Assembly: GCA_963719035.1 (NCBI GenBank)
Contig: CAVRAO010000002.1
Coordinates: 128,001-192,000 of the forward strand
Reading direction: 5' to 3'
From: Methanobacteriota archaeon
GTDB lineage: Archaea > Halobacteriota > Bog-38 > Methanoflorentales > Methanoflorentaceae
DNA length: 64,000 nucleotides
How positions within the stretch are numbered: position 1 is the stretch's first letter; each line of letters opens with the position of its first letter. Shown piece by piece: positions 53,601-63,427 of this stretch. Both the position numbers and the translations under genes were made by a program. Below the pieces are notes generated by a model. That model had not been told where the DNA came from, searched no databases, and saw only the letters and a program-made list of their open reading frames with translations.

Positions 53601-53702
53601 ACGCTTTCAACGTCTATTGAAGAAGGGGAAGTTGCAAACGCTCAGCTTAGCAAAGAGTGGGTGATCGACGGCCATAAAGTCGCAATTTCACTTGCAAGAT
53701 AG
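50613..53702 (+). CDS. ileS: Isoleucine--tRNA ligase
   Basis: EGPPTANG, GWDCHGLP, WTTTPWTL, DQTRGWF, KMSKS. Confidence 0.97.
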   Translation: MSYSQQDSNFVAMEKNILKDWDDNNIIAKSLSANKGAELFRFIEGPPTANGSPGVHHVYARVVKDLFLRYKTMRGYYVPRISGWDCHGLPVEISVEKELEFQNKASIETYGVEQFNNVCRSSVFSHIDEWAEMTKRVGFLIDLTTPYTTMDPHYIESVWWSLKRLWERDLIYEGHNVVPFCPRCGTALSSHEVAQGYAIVNEEAAFVKFPLSDQSKTFFLAWTTTPWTLLSNVALAVNPDIPYVKVKVRDQFLVFAKDLLDTVLRDEQHFEVATECLGRELNGKRYQSLFTDGEFSVVIADFVSTSEGTGIVHIAPAFGEDDFNVAKVEGLPLVQLVKPDGRFEDHVDLVGGLFFIEANAVIREDLAARGLLFKSEMYEHSYPFCWRCETPLMYYARKAWFIRMSSLRDVLIRNNELVQWHPKALKHGRFGNFIENVRDWALSRERYWGTPLPIWKCPNGHLLFVGSINELNQRMDSEAFLSDVHKPYIDRVVFRCDECGKEMHRIPDVIDCWYDSGCAPFASLHYPFEHSDECKVPVDFIAEGVDQTRGWFYSLHAIASAVFGSNAYNNVISLGHIVDEHGRKMSKSKGNTVDPWQILNSEGADSLRWYLFSAGNPGTAKKFYKEAIVESQRKTISTLWNVLSFFTTYAEIDKFDAGWNLADEQRNLIDRWLLSRLNGLISNVVVHMDRYDYYGATIEIDLFIEELSNWFVRTSRRRFWKNERDADKVSAYISLFETLWTLSKLIAPFTPFISEHMFKTLSRFAQGAKDSVHLESYPNVTVNRVIPEAEQEMAYTMQIVEAGRAARSSANIKTRQPLKEMICIGPELKRNELKAIVKNELNLKAINFKKDEKDLIEYDVGLNFAKVGPKYKDLAPKIKQALSNLAPDEVLEKLDDSIELEVAKKTIILSKEDVTISKKTKPGLIKSENRGLSVFLNTELTVELRRELLVREIIRRIQVMRKELDLAYTARIKVGYRCSSEVSQAIQTFKSYVKDETLSTSIEEGEVANAQLSKEWVIDGHKVAISLAR

Positions 53703-53705
53703 CAT

Positions 53706-54353
53706 ATGGACCTGAGAAAGTGGGATATTATCTATCAACAGATAGTACGTGATTTTGGATTTGACACCGCTAAAGATGAACGTTCAGCTCTGATCTTATC
53801 CTCCTTGTTGACCTTAAAAGGATGTTTCGAGGAGACACAAAGCAAACTCCGCCATATCATCAGGGAACGCGAAGTTCTTGTTTGCGGCAAAGCGCCAACC
53901 TTAGTTGGAGATATTAAAAACGGCAAAATTGAGACGCGGGAGACGATCATTGCAGCAGATGGTGCTACCTCAGTGCTGTTGGCGCAAGGAGTCATCCCCC
54001 ATATAATTGTATCCGATCTAGACGGAAGCATCAACGATCTGAAGCGAGCAAATGCGATGTGTGCGATCATGGTTATTCACGCACACGGAGACAACATCGA
54101 CGCTATTAAAACACATGTCCCGTCACTAAGCGCCGTGCTTGGGACGACGCAGGCAAAACCACTGAACAACGTACTCAATATAGGTGGTTTCACAGATGGA
54201 GATAGGGCGGTTTTTTTGGCGAAAGAGTTTGGGGCCCGCACAGTTAGTGCGATCGGATTTGATTTTTCCGATAACAACGTCAGCCCCACAAAGAAGAAAA
54301 AGCTGCTGTGGGCAAAACGGTTGCTTGAGGGAGCTGATGTAAACTTTAAATGA
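53706..54353 (+). CDS. mptE: 6-hydroxymethyl-7,8-dihydropterin pyrophosphokinase
   Basis: AADGA, DLDG, HAHGDN, GGFTDGDRA, K.KKL.WA. Confidence 0.9.
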   Translation: MDLRKWDIIYQQIVRDFGFDTAKDERSALILSSLLTLKGCFEETQSKLRHIIREREVLVCGKAPTLVGDIKNGKIETRETIIAADGATSVLLAQGVIPHIIVSDLDGSINDLKRANAMCAIMVIHAHGDNIDAIKTHVPSLSAVLGTTQAKPLNNVLNIGGFTDGDRAVFLAKEFGARTVSAIGFDFSDNNVSPTKKKKLLWAKRLLEGADVNFK

Positions 54354-55531
54354 GCTTGTCAATCGCTCTTGCTGGTAAGCCAAATACTGGCAAATCAACC
54401 TTTTTTAAAGCTGCAACACTTGTAAATGTTGAGATAGCAAACTATCCTTTTACGACTATAAGCGCTAATCGAGGAACGTCTTATGTGCGTGTGCCTTGCC
54501 CGTGCAGACAGCTCAACGCCCGGTGTGGTCACTGCGTGGATGGGGTGCGATTTGTCCCTATCGAGCTCGTTGATGTTGCGGGCTTGGTACCCGAGGCTCA
54601 CAAAGGGCGTGGACTCGGGAATACTTTCCTCGACAACCTCCGTCAGTCGGAGGCGATCATAAACGTGATTGACGCCTCAGGTGGTACTGACTTAGAGGGC
54701 AACGTTCTCGGCGCGCCCTCGCACGATCCGTTGGAGGACATCACATTACTCGAAAGTGAGATATCGTTGTGGATGACTGGCATCATCGAAAAGAATTGGC
54801 AAAGACTTGCAAAGAAAGCGCAGCTTGAGCACAACATCGCGAACGTGATCGCTATTCAGCTAGCAGGACTCAACATAGGGGCACGTCAAATCAAAAACGC
54901 AATGCAAAAGCTAGGACTTTTCGACACGCCACCAGAAAGCTGGGAGCGCGAGGATCTAATTAATTTATCACAACTAATTAGAAAGATCGCAAAACCCATT
55001 GTGATAGCAGCAAATAAAAAAGATGTCGCGTCGTCAGACAACCTTTCGCGTATTGCTGACGCATATGAAGATGTCGTGGCAACAAGTGGCGAAGCTGAAC
55101 TTGCACTTCGACTTGCTCAACAGAAGGGACTTATAGGTTACGTTCCAGGTGATACGCATTTCACGATAGTCACATCGCTTAATCAGCAACAAAAAACAGC
55201 GCTTGAGCGCTTACAAAAGTTTGTTAGTGGGGAGGGCACTGGGGTCCAAAAGTGTCTTAACACGACGGTGTTCGACGTGCTTAGGTACATCGTTGTGTAT
55301 CCAGTCGAAGACGAACACAAATGGTCAGATAAGCGAGGAAGAGTTTTACCAGACGCATTGTTAATAAAAGCAGGCGGGACTGCGAAAGACCTCGCGTTCA
55401 AAGTCCATTCTGATATCGGAAGCGGTTTTATATACGCTTTAGACGCACGCACGAAAAAGCGACTTGGTGAGCACCATGAATTAAAAAATGGCGATATAAT
55501 CAAGATAGTCTCGACTTCACGTGCCAAGTAG
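54350..55531 (+). CDS. ychF: YchF-type OBG-family NTPase with TGS domain
   Basis: GKPNTGKST, NYPFTT, DVAGL, ANKKD. Confidence 0.93.
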   Translation: MSLSIALAGKPNTGKSTFFKAATLVNVEIANYPFTTISANRGTSYVRVPCPCRQLNARCGHCVDGVRFVPIELVDVAGLVPEAHKGRGLGNTFLDNLRQSEAIINVIDASGGTDLEGNVLGAPSHDPLEDITLLESEISLWMTGIIEKNWQRLAKKAQLEHNIANVIAIQLAGLNIGARQIKNAMQKLGLFDTPPESWEREDLINLSQLIRKIAKPIVIAANKKDVASSDNLSRIADAYEDVVATSGEAELALRLAQQKGLIGYVPGDTHFTIVTSLNQQQKTALERLQKFVSGEGTGVQKCLNTTVFDVLRYIVVYPVEDEHKWSDKRGRVLPDALLIKAGGTAKDLAFKVHSDIGSGFIYALDARTKKRLGEHHELKNGDIIKIVSTSRAK

Positions 55532-55583
55532 GAAAGATATATGTTCTATAATCTTCTTTTGTAAATAGCTTCCAATCGGAGCA

Positions 55584-55628
55584 CGATTTGGATCCTAAGG
55601 GATGTGGCATGAAATGCTGAACCGATCA
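55584..55628 (+). promoter_or_regulatory. Candidate eL15 ribosomal-protein leader RNA
   Basis: Two short hairpins (ATCC/GGAT, GCAT/ATGC) enclosed by gatttgg/ccgatc just before the RBS. Confidence 0.4.
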
Positions 55629-55642
55629 CTAGAGGATGAAAA

Positions 55643-56224
55643 ATGAAATCGATGTATGGATTCATACGGGATGCATGGAAAAGGCCCGAACGCAGTTACG
55701 TTAAAAGCCTCATGTGGCAGCGACTGCAAACGTGGCGGCGCGAACCGTCAGTTGTTCGCATCGAACGGCCAACGCGACTTGATCGAGCAAGAAATCTAGG
55801 ATATAAAGCGAAACAAGGTGTCATTACCGCTCGAGTTAGAACATGGCGCGGGGGTAGAAGGAAACAGCGCCCACGTGGAGGCCGCCGAACAAAGCATCTC
55901 GGAGTGAATAGGCTGACCGCCCGAAAAAGCTCACAGCGCATTGCAGAGGAACGTGCTTCGCGTAAATTCCCAAACTTAGAGGTGTTAAACTCTTACTGGG
56001 TAGGACAAGACGGTAAATCGAAGTGGTATGAAATCATACTTGTTGATCCAAACCACCCCCGTATCCTTAGCGACCGAAGTTTTAACTGGATGGCGTCTTC
56101 ACCGAGGCGTGCTTTGCGAGGCAAAACTAGTGCAGGTCAAAAAGGCCGCGGTCTAAGGAAAAAAGGTCGAGGCGCCGAAAAAACGGGGCCCTCTCTTAGC
56201 GCTCACGGACGAAGGGGAACGTAA
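55643..56224 (+). CDS. rpl15e: 50S ribosomal protein L15e
   Basis: [27 protein letters not shown]. Confidence 0.97.
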   Translation: MKSMYGFIRDAWKRPERSYVKSLMWQRLQTWRREPSVVRIERPTRLDRARNLGYKAKQGVITARVRTWRGGRRKQRPRGGRRTKHLGVNRLTARKSSQRIAEERASRKFPNLEVLNSYWVGQDGKSKWYEIILVDPNHPRILSDRSFNWMASSPRRALRGKTSAGQKGRGLRKKGRGAEKTGPSLSAHGRRGT

Positions 56225-56260
56225 GCCCTTTCCTACACGTTGATCTGCTTCTTATCGTGA

Positions 56261-56731
56261 ATGGCAACGACTCACCGCGTCCGGCGAAAAAAAACAATAC
56301 ACAGCATAGCCGTTAACGTTTTTGTCCATGCCACTGAGGATGAGAGCAAGGTTCTTGCAGGGCTCCGCTTGATCGTGCCAGAAAATGTACGAATCGACCG
56401 CCAACCAGTCACAGGTCACTTCGGAAACGCTATAGTTATTCTTACGGCCCGAACAGAACAAGCTCAAGCGATACGCCTAATTATTGACGCGATTAGGAAT
56501 AAGCTTCCCAAACGTGACTTAATACGGTTGCAGGGGCAAATTCCTCAACTTCTCAGCGAAAGATGCACACTCGTTATGAAATTCGACAAACAGGCAGCTG
56601 TAAGTAGGGTCCTAGAGCTAGGGAAAGATGACCCAATAGTTGTTCGAGCAAAGATAGCGGCATACCCAGCTTGTCTAGGAACAGCAGCCGAGATTGCGCG
56701 CGATGTCTTGAACAATGCATGCATATGTTGA
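56261..56731 (+). CDS. DUF54-family RNA-binding protein
   Basis: HATEDESKV, GHFGN.I, FDKQAA; superoperon position. Confidence 0.88.
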   Translation: MATTHRVRRKKTIHSIAVNVFVHATEDESKVLAGLRLIVPENVRIDRQPVTGHFGNAIVILTARTEQAQAIRLIIDAIRNKLPKRDLIRLQGQIPQLLSERCTLVMKFDKQAAVSRVLELGKDDPIVVRAKIAAYPACLGTAAEIARDVLNNACIC

Positions 56732-57371
56732 TATAGGCGTTCACGCCTTTCCCGAAGGGGCAGATACGCCAAAAAGGCTCAACCTCGCAGCTTACCGTCT
56801 CGGCTTTTCTCAAATCGTATTAACAGCCCATTCGCCGTATTGGTCGCAGTTTCCAGATTCGAGTTTACCCTCGGGAGTGGAAATTGTCGCGACTACAGTT
56901 CGCGATTTACGTAAGAAAATTGCTTTTTTTAGAGATATATCGACAATCTTAAGCGTGCACGGCGGAGATGAGCAGATTAACAGGGCAGCGTGCAAGGACG
57001 ATCGAGTCGATGTTCTTATGCACCCCGAAAGAGGGAAATACAGCGGCATAAACCAAGTAACGGCAAAACTCGCCGAGAAAAACGAGGTCGCGCTAGGGTT
57101 GAACTTGGATTATTTTTGGAAAACAGAAGAACTGCAGAGATCTCGCTTGCTTGCGTTCCAGCGCAGAAACGTCTCTTTGTGCCAGAAGTTTGGAGTGCAG
57201 GTCATTATTACAAGCGATGCGTATTCACACTTGGATTTGCGAGCTCCGCGTCAACTTAAAGCACTTGCAGGGCTTTTGCTTTTAAGTGATTGGGAAGCAG
57301 ACATCGCTTTGTCTATAGCACCACTAAGCATTATAAAACGCAGAGGGCAGAAAAAAGAGGCGAACTTATGA
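56715..57371 (+). CDS. rnp3: RNase P protein Rpp30
   Basis: VHGGD..INRAAC...VDVL.HP, DLRAPR. Confidence 0.92.
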   Translation: MHAYVDIGVHAFPEGADTPKRLNLAAYRLGFSQIVLTAHSPYWSQFPDSSLPSGVEIVATTVRDLRKKIAFFRDISTILSVHGGDEQINRAACKDDRVDVLMHPERGKYSGINQVTAKLAEKNEVALGLNLDYFWKTEELQRSRLLAFQRRNVSLCQKFGVQVIITSDAYSHLDLRAPRQLKALAGLLLLSDWEADIALSIAPLSIIKRRGQKKEANL

Positions 57372-57871
57372 AGCCACTTTCACCTACTTTGCGAGATAAC
57401 TATCGCTACATTGCCTTCAGGCTGAGCTTTGAAGAACCGATAAGCGCTAGGGATCTGCAAACAGAGATAGCAAGAACCGCAAAAAGCCTTTTTGGAGATG
57501 TTGGCGTGAGCAAGCTGAACGTCAGAGTCGTCGCGTTTGACGGAACACAAGGACTTGTACGATGTAACATCCGACACGTTCCAGAATTACAAGCGGTATT
57601 AGCAAGCATAGGCAAAATCAAGAGCAATCGGGTATGCGTGACGACTATAGGCACTTCAGGAACGATAAAGGCTGCTATAGAAAAGTATTTACAAATTGAA
57701 GAGAAAACACGTCGTAATATATCTTCTTATGTGACAGTGCCTGTATCCGGGAAAGCAGTAAGGATATGCGGCGAGGAAATTGACATAGTTCCAGAAGATA
57801 GGAAAACTGTTGATCGCGCTGATGTCCAATTTATAGGCATAACGATCGACGATAACGAGAGGTTGATATAA
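57368..57871 (+). CDS. rnp2: RNase P protein Pop5/Rpp14
   Basis: PTLR...RYIAF, LFGD.G, GTSGTIK. Confidence 0.9.
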   Translation: MKPLSPTLRDNYRYIAFRLSFEEPISARDLQTEIARTAKSLFGDVGVSKLNVRVVAFDGTQGLVRCNIRHVPELQAVLASIGKIKSNRVCVTTIGTSGTIKAAIEKYLQIEEKTRRNISSYVTVPVSGKAVRICGEEIDIVPEDRKTVDRADVQFIGITIDDNERLI

Positions 57872-58608
57872 TGCAGATGGCACCACAAATGGGGTACGAT
57901 AGAGCGATCACCGTTTTTTCCCCAGACGGTAGGCTATTTCAAGTAGAATATGCGCGCGAAGCTGTGAAACGGGGTACCACGTCTGTTGGAATAAAAGCAA
58001 AGGATGGCGTGGCCCTGCTCGTGGATAAACGTATCTCAAGTAGGCTCCTTGAGCCCCAATCCACCGAGAAGATCTTCCAGGTAGATGATCATATTGGCGC
58101 CGTGACGTCTGGCCTCGTGGCTGATGCTCGCGCATTGGTCGACCGTGCTCGAGTCGATGCGCAGATAAATCGTGTCGTGTATAATGAACCTATTGGCATT
58201 GAAACACTTGCGAAAAAAATTGCTGACCACAAACAAACATTCACACAGTACGGCGGTGTCAGACCCTATGGAACCGCATTACTTATAGGTGGTATCGATG
58301 ATTCGGGCCCGCGTCTTTTTGAAACAGACCCGAGCGGTGCCCTTTTGATGGTCAAGGCCACTGGAATCGGCTCAGGAAGAAACGCGGTTATGGAGTTTCT
58401 CGAAGAGAAGTACAACGAAGACGTTGATATTGATAACGCCATAAGACTCGGGCTTGAAGCGCTCTACAAGGCAACTGAAGGTAAACTCACAGTCGACACC
58501 ATCGAAATCGCTGCAATAAACGCGAAAGATAACCGTTTCCAGAAGCTAGGGACGGATGAGCTCGAAGCGTACGTAAAGAGCGTACTTGATTCGATGCCAA
58601 AAGAGTGA
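57871..58608 (+). CDS. psmA: Proteasome alpha subunit
   Basis: YDRAITVFSPDGRLFQVEYA. Confidence 0.97.
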   Translation: MQMAPQMGYDRAITVFSPDGRLFQVEYAREAVKRGTTSVGIKAKDGVALLVDKRISSRLLEPQSTEKIFQVDDHIGAVTSGLVADARALVDRARVDAQINRVVYNEPIGIETLAKKIADHKQTFTQYGGVRPYGTALLIGGIDDSGPRLFETDPSGALLMVKATGIGSGRNAVMEFLEEKYNEDVDIDNAIRLGLEALYKATEGKLTVDTIEIAAINAKDNRFQKLGTDELEAYVKSVLDSMPKE

Positions 58609-58663
58609 TGATCTCAGGTTTTTGATGCCTTTTTGAGCGAACGGCACTGAGAGGAGTACGCAG

Positions 58664-59374
58664 ATGGTATCTCTCGATAAAGCAGTTGTCGCTCGATTTG
58701 CGAGAGGAGGGGAACACTTTGAAGTGCTTGTTGACCCCGAAAATGCGTTATCAATGCGAGAAGGTCGTGATATTGACATGGATGCTGTTCTAGCGATTGA
58801 AGAGATTTTTAAGGACGCATCTAAAGGTGAAAAAGCGTCTGATGACGGCCTCAAAAACGTGTTTGGCACGACAGAGCCCTCAGCAATTGCCAAACGCATA
58901 ATTATTGAAGGAGAGCTGCATCTTACCGCACAACAGAGGCACAAGATCCAAGAGCACAAACGGAAGGAGCTAATAGCCACTATCGCTGCGAATGCGATAA
59001 ATCCCCAAACGGGCCTGCCTCATCCACCACAGCGAATAGAAAAGGCCATTGAAGAAGCAAAAGTGAACGTAGACCCATTTAAAAGCGTCGACGAACTAGT
59101 AAATATTGCGTTAAAAGCAATCCGGCCACTCATACCTATAAGGTTTGAGGAGGTAGATGTCGCTGTCAAGATACCCGCCAACTATGCTGCAAAATCACAA
59201 GGGGCTATTCAACGATTTGGCAAAGTCATTAGACAGGAGTGGCAGCAGGACGGTGCGTGGATCGGTGTGGTCCGGTTTCCTGCAGGACTCCAAAACGATT
59301 TCTATGAGCTTGTGAATCGATTATCTAGAGGAGAAGCCGAAACGCGAATCATTACCCGGCAAGGACAAAAATGA
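58664..59374 (+). CDS. Ribosome maturation factor SBDS/Sdo1
   Basis: FEVLVDP, IFKDASKG, INPQT..PHPP.RI. Confidence 0.95.
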   Translation: MVSLDKAVVARFARGGEHFEVLVDPENALSMREGRDIDMDAVLAIEEIFKDASKGEKASDDGLKNVFGTTEPSAIAKRIIIEGELHLTAQQRHKIQEHKRKELIATIAANAINPQTGLPHPPQRIEKAIEEAKVNVDPFKSVDELVNIALKAIRPLIPIRFEEVDVAVKIPANYAAKSQGAIQRFGKVIRQEWQQDGAWIGVVRFPAGLQNDFYELVNRLSRGEAETRIITRQGQK

Positions 59375-60063
59375 GGAAAAAAGAAAAAGTCGACAAGACG
59401 ATCGTCGTTCCAGGAGACCTACTTTCTGATGATGCCGACAAAGCTGCGGAAGGAACCTACACCGAAAATGGGAAAGTTTATTCATTGATATTCGGGCTAG
59501 CAGATGATAGGGAGAAAATACGCGTAATCCCTCTTTCTGGAAAATACCTACCAACGGTTGGGGACATAGTTATTGGGATGGTATCAGACATCAGCTTTTC
59601 AAATTGGAAAGTAAACATCAACTCACCCTACGAGGCACTTATGCATATCTCAGAATACCCGCGCCGTATTGAATCAAGCGAGATGGCGAAGATTATGCGT
59701 GTGGGTGACCTTGCGATCTTTAAGGTGGTAGATGTAGATCAGTCAATGAAAATAGAGCTTGCGCCTCGAGAAGGCCAATTGCGCGTATTGCGAAGCGGCA
59801 GGGTGGTCGAGGTATCATATACAAAAGTCCCGCGGGTTATTGGACGAGCAGGATCAATGGTAAGCTTACTCAAGGATAAACTCGACGTCAATATTTTTGT
59901 TGGAAAAAATGGCCGGATTTGGATCAATGGAAAAGCAGAAGACGAAGAGCTAGCTATAAAAGCGATTAAACGGATTGAGCAAGAGGCCCATACGTCCGGA
60001 CTTACAGATAGGATAACTAAATTTCTAGAGGAAGAAAAGCATGGAATTTATGAAGAACGGTAA
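59371..60063 (+). CDS. rrp4: Exosome RNA-binding subunit Rrp4
   Basis: VVPGD, Y.P.VGD.VIG, PRVIG..GSM, GKNGRIW. Confidence 0.95.
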   Translation: MRKKEKVDKTIVVPGDLLSDDADKAAEGTYTENGKVYSLIFGLADDREKIRVIPLSGKYLPTVGDIVIGMVSDISFSNWKVNINSPYEALMHISEYPRRIESSEMAKIMRVGDLAIFKVVDVDQSMKIELAPREGQLRVLRSGRVVEVSYTKVPRVIGRAGSMVSLLKDKLDVNIFVGKNGRIWINGKAEDEELAIKAIKRIEQEAHTSGLTDRITKFLEEEKHGIYEER

Positions 60064-60751
60064 GAGAATAGACGATCGTCTTCCTAACGAGTTGCGTCCA
60101 GTCAAATTTGAAGTCGGCGTGCTCGAACGGGCTGATGGTTCATGTTACGTCGAACACGGTGGGAATAAGGTGATTGCCGCCGTTTACGGGCCGAGGGCAG
60201 TGCACCCAAGGCACTTGCAGGAAGCGAATCGCGCAATAATCAGGTACCGCTATAACATGGCATCTTTTTCGGTGGAAGAGCGAAAAAGACCAGGTCCAGA
60301 CCGAAGGAGTGTAGAAATCTCAAAAGTGAGCAGAGAAGCGATAGATCCAGTCATAATCAAAGAGTTCTATCCAAGGTCTACAATTGACATCTTCGTAGAG
60401 ATTCTACAGGCGGATGCTGGCACACGATCAGCTGGGATAAACGCGGCATCCGTCGCGTTAGCCGATGCAGGAGTACCGATGCGTGGTCTTATATCCTCGT
60501 GCGCTGTGGGCAAAGTAGATGACACTGTTGTTCTAGATCTCGTTAAGGAGGAGGACAATTACGGTCAAGCAGACATGCCAATCGCTATGGACGTGCGGAC
60601 AGGAGAAGTCACGCTTCTCCAAATGGATGGTCATCTAACATTGGAAGAATTTGAACAAGCGTTAGAACTAGCGAAAACCGGGTGTGCGCGCATAGCCGAA
60701 ATGCAAAGAGAGGCCCTAATTCAAAAATACCGAGGAGAAGAAAATGAATGA
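60041..60751 (+). CDS. rrp41: Exosome subunit Rrp41
   Basis: ADGSCY, VYGPR, PDRRS.EIS, ADAGTR. Confidence 0.95.
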   Translation: MEFMKNGKRIDDRLPNELRPVKFEVGVLERADGSCYVEHGGNKVIAAVYGPRAVHPRHLQEANRAIIRYRYNMASFSVEERKRPGPDRRSVEISKVSREAIDPVIIKEFYPRSTIDIFVEILQADAGTRSAGINAASVALADAGVPMRGLISSCAVGKVDDTVVLDLVKEEDNYGQADMPIAMDVRTGEVTLLQMDGHLTLEEFEQALELAKTGCARIAEMQREALIQKYRGEENE

Positions 60752-61529
60752 CGTTATTGCCGAGATAAGAAAAGATTACATTTACGGGCTTGCTAAAAGA
60801 AGTGAACGAGCAGACGGGCGCGCGTTCGATGAATATCGTCCAATTCAGGTCGAGGTTGGATTCATAGACAAAGCTGAAGGATCGGCAAGAGTTAGGATAG
60901 GAAACACGCAGGTGCTCGTCGGCGTCAAGCTGCAACCTGGTGAGCCTTTTGCCGACTCGCCTGAGACTGGCGTTATAATTACCAACGTTGAGCTCGTGCC
61001 GCTAGCTTCTCCGTCCTTTGAACCTGGTCCGCCTAATGAAAAGGCGATAGAGCTTGCGCGCGTGGTAGATCGCGGCGTTCGTGAATCGGGCGCTATTGAC
61101 TTATCTCAATTGACCTTGCCAGACGGTAAAGTATGGCTCATTTTTATTGACGTGCACGTCTTAGACTACGATGGAAACCTTATAGATGCCTCGGCATTAG
61201 GGGCACTTGCAGCGCTTATAAATGCAAAAATGCCGTCTGAGCGATACGGCTACGGGCCCGATGCAGCGCTTCCAATCAAAGAATATCCGATTGCCGTGAC
61301 CGCCGTTGACCTTGACGGTGAGATTATGCTAGATCCATCTTTGGATGAAGAAACCATCGCATCTTCTCGACTAACAGTCATATCCGGCCTACAGGGAACT
61401 TTAGCAGGAATGCAAAAAAGCGGAACAGGCACACTTTCGGTAGATGAGATAGTTCGTGTCGTAAAGTTAGCAAGCAGTAAAGCGATGCAGATCAGAGATG
61501 ATCTTTTTGGTGGTTCTACGAATGGCTAA
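60744..61529 (+). CDS. rrp42: Exosome subunit Rrp42
   Basis: R.DGR..DEYR, FEPGPP, DGNLIDA. Confidence 0.95.
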   Translation: MNDVIAEIRKDYIYGLAKRSERADGRAFDEYRPIQVEVGFIDKAEGSARVRIGNTQVLVGVKLQPGEPFADSPETGVIITNVELVPLASPSFEPGPPNEKAIELARVVDRGVRESGAIDLSQLTLPDGKVWLIFIDVHVLDYDGNLIDASALGALAALINAKMPSERYGYGPDAALPIKEYPIAVTAVDLDGEIMLDPSLDEETIASSRLTVISGLQGTLAGMQKSGTGTLSVDEIVRVVKLASSKAMQIRDDLFGGSTNG

Positions 61530-61836
61530 AAAGAGCGCTCACAAGAAGGGAAGGAAGACTCGTTCTGCAGGCCGCTTCGGCCCGAGATATGGTCGTAAGA
61601 TCCGCAAGCGAATTGCCGATGTGGAATCGGTGATGAACCAAGCGCATAAGTGTCCAGCGTGTGGGCGGAAGGCGGTTTCCCGAAAAGGAACGGGTATATG
61701 GACGTGCGCTAAATGCGACGCAACGTTTGCAGGCGGCGCTTATGTACCTGAGACCGCTGTTGGAAAAACAGTCGCCCGCTCTATTCGCCGTGCGAGCGAG
61801 GAACAAGAACAGCTTTTAACGAGATCCGTGAGGTGA
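61522..61836 (+). CDS. rpl37ae: 50S ribosomal protein L37Ae
   Basis: [24 protein letters not shown]. Confidence 0.96.
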   Translation: MAKKSAHKKGRKTRSAGRFGPRYGRKIRKRIADVESVMNQAHKCPACGRKAVSRKGTGIWTCAKCDATFAGGAYVPETAVGKTVARSIRRASEEQEQLLTRSVR

Positions 61837-61840
61837 TTTC

Positions 61841-61978
61841 ACGGTTTATAAATGTATACGCTGTAAGCGCGAGGTCGAAGTAGAATCTGAATACGGCGGT
61901 ATCAGGTGTCCCTACTGCGGTCATCGCATATTGATAAAAGAGCGGCCCACGATCATAAAAAAGGTGAAGGTGCTGTAG
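61841..61978 (+). CDS. rpoP: RNA polymerase subunit P (Rpo12), apparent ACG start
   Basis: VYKCIRCK...[16 protein letters not shown]; GAGGTGA RBS precedes ACG. Confidence 0.92.
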   Translation, partial: TVYKCIRCKREVEVESEYGGIRCPYCGHRILIKERPTIIKKVKVL

Positions 61979-62082
61979 AAAAACGCCCTTACAAGGCTCG
62001 CAATAGATCTTCGTAAAACAGGAAACGAGCAGTACTGTGAATAACATACAGAATCACAAAACAGTGAGTTCAACTGTACCTC

Positions 62083-62322
62083 ATGGAAGCAAACAGTATT
62101 GATTATCTGTACCGATCAATCACGCCTGAGCTAAAGACTATTGGTATAGCCGGAGGACGGGCGTCGGTAAGAGTCCACAAAACCACTAAGAGGCTAGTTA
62201 TCAACATTAAAGCCTCTGACATCACTTCGTGCCGAGCTGCAACTAATTCTTGGCTGAGGCTAGCGCTCATTGCTACTGATGTGGACGAACTTGTTGCCGA
62301 TACGTTAGAACAGAGCCCATAA
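62083..62322 (+). CDS. pcc1: KEOPS subunit Pcc1
   Basis: YRSI.PE, I.ASD....RAA.NSWLRL. Confidence 0.85.
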   Translation: MEANSIDYLYRSITPELKTIGIAGGRASVRVHKTTKRLVINIKASDITSCRAATNSWLRLALIATDVDELVADTLEQSP

Positions 62323-62372
62323 CTATTCCTTTAAATTGGATTACTGAATGATATACTTAGGAGAAAGCTTAA

Positions 62373-62738
62373 ATGAGTGCCGAATTACCACCGCAAATAC
62401 AAAATCAAGTTGCACAATTGCAGCAACTTCAACAGCAAGCACAAGCGCTTGCCGTTCAACGAAGTCAACTCGAGCTCTCGTTAAACGAGGCTAACCAAAC
62501 TCTAGCAGAGCTTGACAAGCTTGACGAAAAAGCGGTAATCTTCAAGACCGTTGGAACGATCCTCGTTCGCTCGAACAAGGACCAAGTTAAAGAGGAACTC
62601 GCCGAAAAAAAAGAAACGTTTGACGTGCGTTTGAAAAGCCTCCAAAGGCAGGAAGAGCGCGTCCAAACGCGTTTCCAACAGCTACAACAGCAGCTACAAA
62701 AAGCACTCGGCGGTGGAACGGTACCACAAGGCTCGTAA
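62373..62738 (+). CDS. pfdB: Prefoldin beta subunit
   Basis: LPPQ.Q..., K.VG.ILV, coiled coils. Confidence 0.95.
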   Translation: MSAELPPQIQNQVAQLQQLQQQAQALAVQRSQLELSLNEANQTLAELDKLDEKAVIFKTVGTILVRSNKDQVKEELAEKKETFDVRLKSLQRQEERVQTRFQQLQQQLQKALGGGTVPQGS

Positions 62739-62769
62739 TGCAGCAATTTGTCTTAAAGGAGAAGCTATC

Positions 62770-63327
62770 TCACGTTGGCTTTGAATAGACTTCCTCTTCT
62801 TCTTTTTGTACAAATTTTTCCGGTCTAGCAACTCCAGCGTCACTCGATTCGCTTAATATCACGACGACGTCAGCGAGATTCTTTAGTGCAGTCGAGAAGC
62901 CAGGCTCTGCCCCGAAAATTATAGTCTCTTTACCGTGCTCCATCGCTTTCGACAGGACCGGCTTAAAATCAGCATCACGAGTGACTATCGCGATAATATC
63001 GATATTAGGGTTAAATATAAGCTCAGTAGCTTCAACTGCAAGTCGAACATCTACGTCGCTTGAGCTGACTACTGGTTCCAATCCTTGGTTCTCGATTGCT
63101 TCTACAAGTTTCTCAGACGCATACTGATTAAGGTAGACTCTACCTACTTTGATGTCGCCAAATTCCTTCAAGGTGTTTCGTATTTCCTCAAGGTCAATCT
63201 GAAATTCCTTGCGCAGCATATTAGGCCCATCAACCAGCAGTCCAATACCCTTATGGGCTTTTTCCCTCCTGCTGATTATCGTCCGAATCTTGTATATATC
63301 TTTTATATGTGGAATATGTCGGGGCAT
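62770..63327 (-). CDS. NYN-domain protein (TIGR00288 type)
   Basis: VDGPNMLRKEF, DVDV, TRDADF. Confidence 0.92.
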   Translation of the reverse strand: MPRHIPHIKDIYKIRTIISRREKAHKGIGLLVDGPNMLRKEFQIDLEEIRNTLKEFGDIKVGRVYLNQYASEKLVEAIENQGLEPVVSSSDVDVRLAVEATELIFNPNIDIIAIVTRDADFKPVLSKAMEHGKETIIFGAEPGFSTALKNLADVVVILSESSDAGVARPEKFVQKEEEEVYSKPT

Positions 63328-63427
63328 AAGGACAAAAACTCCTGCTATTGCAAAAATGGTAACATATAAAATGAATTTACAGCGGCGTATTATATATCTT
63401 TTTCTTTATGCGTTCAAAATGACCGTT

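Noticed and set aside
57690-57871. C-terminal extension of Rnp2/Pop5
   Set aside because: Similar extensions are, to my knowledge, common in Halobacteriota Pop5 proteins.
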